Shown: positions 60,170 through 64,000 of the stretch, piece by piece
How positions within the stretch are numbered: position 1 is the stretch's first letter
How the letters are laid out: the number at the start of each line of letters is the position of its first letter
From: Armatimonadota bacterium
Lineage (GTDB): Bacteria; Armatimonadota; UBA5829; DSUL01
Assembly (NCBI GenBank): GCA_039811685.1
Contig: JBDHZC010000001.1
Location: 448,001 to 512,000, forward strand
Direction of reading: 5' to 3'
DNA: 64,000 nucleotides
Notes under the pieces: model-generated
What the model saw: the letters and a program-made list of their open reading frames with translations, nothing else
Told to the model about the DNA's origin: nothing
Databases searched by the model: none
Program-made: the position numbers and the translations under genes

Positions 60170-61749
60170 AGACAGCCCGATTTCAGCGATACCTTCCTCT
60201 GGTGGCGGCTTTTGCTGCCGGAATTGTGATTGCCACCTTTGCGCTTTCACGCGGTGCTGGAAAGATCGAAAAGCCGGACACCACCGCCCACCAAGACCAT
60301 GACGCTGAGCACGAAGAATCCGATGTCATCCGGTTGTCCGCCGAGGCTATCAGGACGGCCGGCATTGAGATTGCGCCTGTCGGCCATCAGATGCAGCGCG
60401 AGAGCCTGAGCGTTGTGGGTACAGTTGAAGCCAATCCCTCACACACAGCGAAAATCACGCCGCCAGTCGCCGGAAAGCTCATCTCCATTTCTGCTTCCGT
60501 GGGAGATGTTGTCAAACGGGGGCAGACGCTGGCCGTTCTACAAAGCCCCGAGGTCGCCCAGGCCCATGCTTCCGTGCACGAGGCTGAGGCGGCACGGCGC
60601 GAAGCGGCTTCCTCGGTTGAAGTCGCAAAGTCCGGGCTCGAAGTCGCACGCGCCAAACTGCTGAACGCAGAACAGGCGCTGTCTCATCAAAAAGCCCTCG
60701 CCACCACCGGCGCCTTTTCGCAACCATCCATTCAGGCCTCTCAGTCCGAGTTGAATGACGCGCAATCGGAGCTGTTGCAGGCTCAGACAGAACTTCAGGC
60801 GCACGCCGCGGCTATGGAGCGCGCGGTAAAGCTCTACGCGGCGGAACTGATTTCCAAGGCGGAGCTGGAGACGGCGCAACTGGAACATCGGCAGGATCAG
60901 GCTAACGTCGAGAAAGCCAGGGCACGAGTGGCTATTGCCAGGCAAAACCTGGACCGGGAGCAAAAAATCTATCGCGGCGATTATCTGAACAGGCAGGCGA
61001 TCCAGAGCGCGGAGGCGGACGTGCGCACGTCAAGAGCAGATCTGGATCAGGCCAGAAGCGCGGTGCGCGCGGCTGAAACGGCGCTCTCTGGCGCAGCTTC
61101 GCGGCTCACTACAGCCAGAGACCATCTGCATTCGATGGAAGGCTCCGCGCATGCTGGCGACAACGGCCGCATCGCGCTCAAGGCCCCGATAAGCGGTGTG
61201 GTTACGACGCGCCATGCGACTCTGGGAGAAGCAATCGAGAGAAGCACCGTCGCTTTTGAGGTCGAAAACCAGCGCACTGTCATGGTATATGCGCAAATCC
61301 CGGAAGGACAGATCAACCGGATCAGAAAGGGTCAGCAGGTCGCTGTGAGCGTGTCATCGTACGGTGACCGGCAATTCGCAGGCTCTGTTCAGACAATCTC
61401 AAGCAAGCTCGATGAGAAGACGCGCACTCTGCCCGTGCTGTGCATAGTCGAAAACCCGCAGGGGCTTCTCAAGCCGGAGATGTTTGCGCAGATCACGGTA
61501 TTTCTGGGCTCGGGCGCTCCGTCCATTGTGCTTCCGGGCACATCTGTTTTTGAAGAAGCGGGCGCGAACTATGTCTTTGTCCAGGATAACGACGGTTTTA
61601 AGAAGCGCCAGGTGAGTCTGGGAAGAACCAGCTCACGGACGGTAGAGATTGTCTCCGGCTTAGAGGCTGGCGAGCGCGTTGTGGTCGGTGGAGTGCTGGT
61701 TCTCAAGAGCGAGCTGACCAAGGAAGATCTGAAAGGGCACGAACACTGA
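60166..61749 (+). CDS. czcB: RND periplasmic adaptor (CzcB-like) with long coiled coil
   Basis: His-rich linker, VGDVVKRGQ.L lipoyl half, KAPISG, TRT, LKPEMF; C-terminal GHEH. Confidence 0.9.
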   Translation: MKTARFQRYLPLVAAFAAGIVIATFALSRGAGKIEKPDTTAHQDHDAEHEESDVIRLSAEAIRTAGIEIAPVGHQMQRESLSVVGTVEANPSHTAKITPPVAGKLISISASVGDVVKRGQTLAVLQSPEVAQAHASVHEAEAARREAASSVEVAKSGLEVARAKLLNAEQALSHQKALATTGAFSQPSIQASQSELNDAQSELLQAQTELQAHAAAMERAVKLYAAELISKAELETAQLEHRQDQANVEKARARVAIARQNLDREQKIYRGDYLNRQAIQSAEADVRTSRADLDQARSAVRAAETALSGAASRLTTARDHLHSMEGSAHAGDNGRIALKAPISGVVTTRHATLGEAIERSTVAFEVENQRTVMVYAQIPEGQINRIRKGQQVAVSVSSYGDRQFAGSVQTISSKLDEKTRTLPVLCIVENPQGLLKPEMFAQITVFLGSGAPSIVLPGTSVFEEAGANYVFVQDNDGFKKRQVSLGRTSSRTVEIVSGLEAGERVVVGGVLVLKSELTKEDLKGHEH

Positions 61750-64000
61750 TGCTTACGCGAGTTCTGCACTTCAGCCTGACACAACGCTTCTTCGTAATAG
61801 TGGGAGTGGCTGTTCTGATACTGCTGGGCGTCCTTTCCTGGCGGCAATTGAACATGGACGCCGTGCCAGACATCACGACGAACCAGGTCGTTATCAACAC
61901 CGAAACTCCCGGGATGGCGCCCATTGAAGTGGAGAAGCTGGTCACCTTCCCGATAGAGACTTCGATGGGAGGAATCCCGGACGTTCAGAACGTCCGATCC
62001 CTCTCGCAGTTCGGGCTCTCACAGGTCACGGTGACTTTTGACGACAGCGTGGAGACCTACTTCGCCAGGCAGCTTGTCAACGAACGCCTGCTTGCTGTCA
62101 GGGAGCAACTCCCCCACACAATCGCCGCTCCGCAGATGGGGCCTGTCAGCACCGGACTGGGGGACATCTATCAGTACTCCGTTGAAAGCCAGACCCGCTC
62201 GCCAATGGAGCTTCGCACCATACAGGACTGGCTCATACGCCCGCAGCTTCGCACGGTGCCGGGAGTCGCCGAGGTCAATGCCTCAGGTGGCTACGAGAAG
62301 CAGTATGAGGTTCAGATTGACCCTCAGAAGATGCTGGCCCGCAGTGTCAGTCTCGACCAGATCGTAGAAGCCATCGAAAATAACAACTCGAATGCGGGCG
62401 GCGGCTTCATTGAGCGAAACGGCGAACAGATTCTGGTAAGGAGCCTTGGCCAGACGACTTCGCTGGAAGACATTGGCAACATCGTCGTTGACGCACAGGC
62501 CGGGATACCTGTTTATCTGTCAGACGTTGCGCGGATGCAACTCGGGAGCCCGCAGCGCACCGGACTCAGCACTAAGGATGGTCACGAGGCTGTCATCGGT
62601 ATCGCCCAGATGCTGAAGGGAGCAAACAGCCGGACAGTGTCTCTCGCAGTGGATGAAAAGATCGGGCAGATACGCAAGCAACTCCCAAAGGACGTCACTA
62701 TCACCGAAGTCTACAACCGCTCCGAGCTTGTCAACAGCACCATTCATACGGTTGAGAAGAGTCTTCTGGAAGGCGGGCTGCTTGTTGTCTTCGTGCTGCT
62801 GTTGTTGCTTGGCAATTTCCGAGGCGCGCTCATAGTCGCCTTTGCGATTCCATTGTCCATGCTCTTCGCGATCATCGGCATGAACCGGTTTGGAATCTCC
62901 GGAAACCTCATGAGCCTGGGCGCCATTGACTTTGGAATGATCGTAGACGGCGCGGTTGTGATGGTCGAGAACGCAGTGCGGCGCGTAGCGCTTGCCAGAG
63001 AGAGCAAAGGACAGACTTTGAGCCGCGAAGAAGTGCGGCATACAGTCTGGGAAGCGTCTATGGAGGTAGCAAAGCCTGTCGCGTTCGCCGTCTCCATCAT
63101 CACTGTTGTGTATCTCCCGATTCTCGCGCTTCAGGGCACAGAAGGGAAGATGTTCAAACCTATGGCGTTCACGGTCATCTTCGCGCTCATTGGCGCTCTG
63201 ATTCTGACCCTGACGCTGGTGCCCACGCTGTGCAGCCTGTTCTTGTCCGGCGACACCAGAGAGGGTCGAAATCCAGTAATGGAGTTTATCTACAGGCTCT
63301 ACCGTCCCACACTGGACTGGGCGCTTCGCTCCAGGGCCCTGATTGTCGCGGGCGCAACGTCTATTGTCGCGATAGCTGCGATAGTACTGAGCTTTCTTGG
63401 TTCTGAGTTCATTCCGCAGCTCGACGAAGGCTCGCTCCTGATCCAGCCTGTCCGCATACGCACAGTGGACGAGCATGAGACAATCCGCCTGGTGACGGCG
63501 GTGGAGAAAAAGCTCAAAACCTTTCCAGAGGTCGTCACCGTCTTCTCCAGAAGCGGGACTCCAGAAGTCGCGACTGATCCCATGCCCATGAGCCTGACCG
63601 ACACATTTGTAATGCTCAAGGATCATTCCAAGTGGCGGCGAGGGCTGACAAAAGACGAGCTGATAGATCAGATGGAGGATGCGCTCGCTGAAATACCCGG
63701 ACAGGCATACGCCTTCTCACAGCCTATTCAGATGAGATTCTCCGAGCTTGTCGCGGGGGTGAAGGCGGACGTCGGCATCAAAGTGTACGGAGAAGACCTG
63801 GACGTAGCCAAAGCGCAGGCCGATGAGATCGCCGCGAAGGTGGGCAGGATTCCCGGTGCGCAGGACGTTTCGGTCGAGCAGGTGGACAACATCCCTGTTC
63901 TACAGATCAAGATTGACCGAGCCGCTATCGCGCGTCTAGGCGTCAATGCGTCCGTCATCCAGAGCTGGGTCGCCATAGCGCTTGGTGGGCAGCCACTCAG
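61749..64000 (+). CDS. czcA: Heavy-metal RND efflux pump CusA/CzcA (runs off the window)
   Basis: ATG overlaps the czcB stop; DAVPDIT.NQV, EVEKLVTFPIE, GNLMSLGAIDFGMIVDGAVV, EGKMFKPMA, EFIPQLDEG. Confidence 0.95.
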   Translation, partial: MLTRVLHFSLTQRFFVIVGVAVLILLGVLSWRQLNMDAVPDITTNQVVINTETPGMAPIEVEKLVTFPIETSMGGIPDVQNVRSLSQFGLSQVTVTFDDSVETYFARQLVNERLLAVREQLPHTIAAPQMGPVSTGLGDIYQYSVESQTRSPMELRTIQDWLIRPQLRTVPGVAEVNASGGYEKQYEVQIDPQKMLARSVSLDQIVEAIENNNSNAGGGFIERNGEQILVRSLGQTTSLEDIGNIVVDAQAGIPVYLSDVARMQLGSPQRTGLSTKDGHEAVIGIAQMLKGANSRTVSLAVDEKIGQIRKQLPKDVTITEVYNRSELVNSTIHTVEKSLLEGGLLVVFVLLLLLGNFRGALIVAFAIPLSMLFAIIGMNRFGISGNLMSLGAIDFGMIVDGAVVMVENAVRRVALARESKGQTLSREEVRHTVWEASMEVAKPVAFAVSIITVVYLPILALQGTEGKMFKPMAFTVIFALIGALILTLTLVPTLCSLFLSGDTREGRNPVMEFIYRLYRPTLDWALRSRALIVAGATSIVAIAAIVLSFLGSEFIPQLDEGSLLIQPVRIRTVDEHETIRLVTAVEKKLKTFPEVVTVFSRSGTPEVATDPMPMSLTDTFVMLKDHSKWRRGLTKDELIDQMEDALAEIPGQAYAFSQPIQMRFSELVAGVKADVGIKVYGEDLDVAKAQADEIAAKVGRIPGAQDVSVEQVDNIPVLQIKIDRAAIARLGVNASVIQSWVAIALGGQPL

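Noticed and set aside
62520..63626. 368-aa antisense ORF
   Set aside because: Shadow of czcA, which is missing from the ORF track only because it runs off the window
1..64000. CRISPR arrays, IS elements, prophage
   Set aside because: No regularly spaced repeats, transposases or phage genes recognised

Overview
A 64 kb chromosomal window from a moderately GC-rich diderm bacterium. The gene set and protein styles suggest Armatimonadota, but that is an inference. Housekeeping genes: tRNA-Lys(UUU), purA, murA-mreB, addB-addA, bioY-crcB-DUF190 and rfbD-ileS-dksA-lspA-lgt-rluD-pcm. These are interspersed with glycan and cell-envelope enzymes: GH20, a GHMP kinase, GH130, a sulfatase, a CE4 deacetylase and an HGSNAT-like acyltransferase. 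The most unusual elements are: (i) a corrinoid methyl-transfer operon with one B12 protein, four divergent URO-D/MtaA-fold paralogues carrying four different metal-ligand sets, and a RACo activator; (ii) a probably leaderless, Cys-rich secreted uORF ending in IFQPPR in front of czcCBA, a candidate metal-sensing arrest peptide; (iii) a four-GAF histidine kinase paired with a sigma54 activator that has no DNA-binding HTH; (iv) a thioester alpha-2-macroglobulin with a GspG-like insert; (v) a putative 6S-like RNA. I found no CRISPR array, integrase or transposase. All calls come from motif recognition only; no database searches were run.
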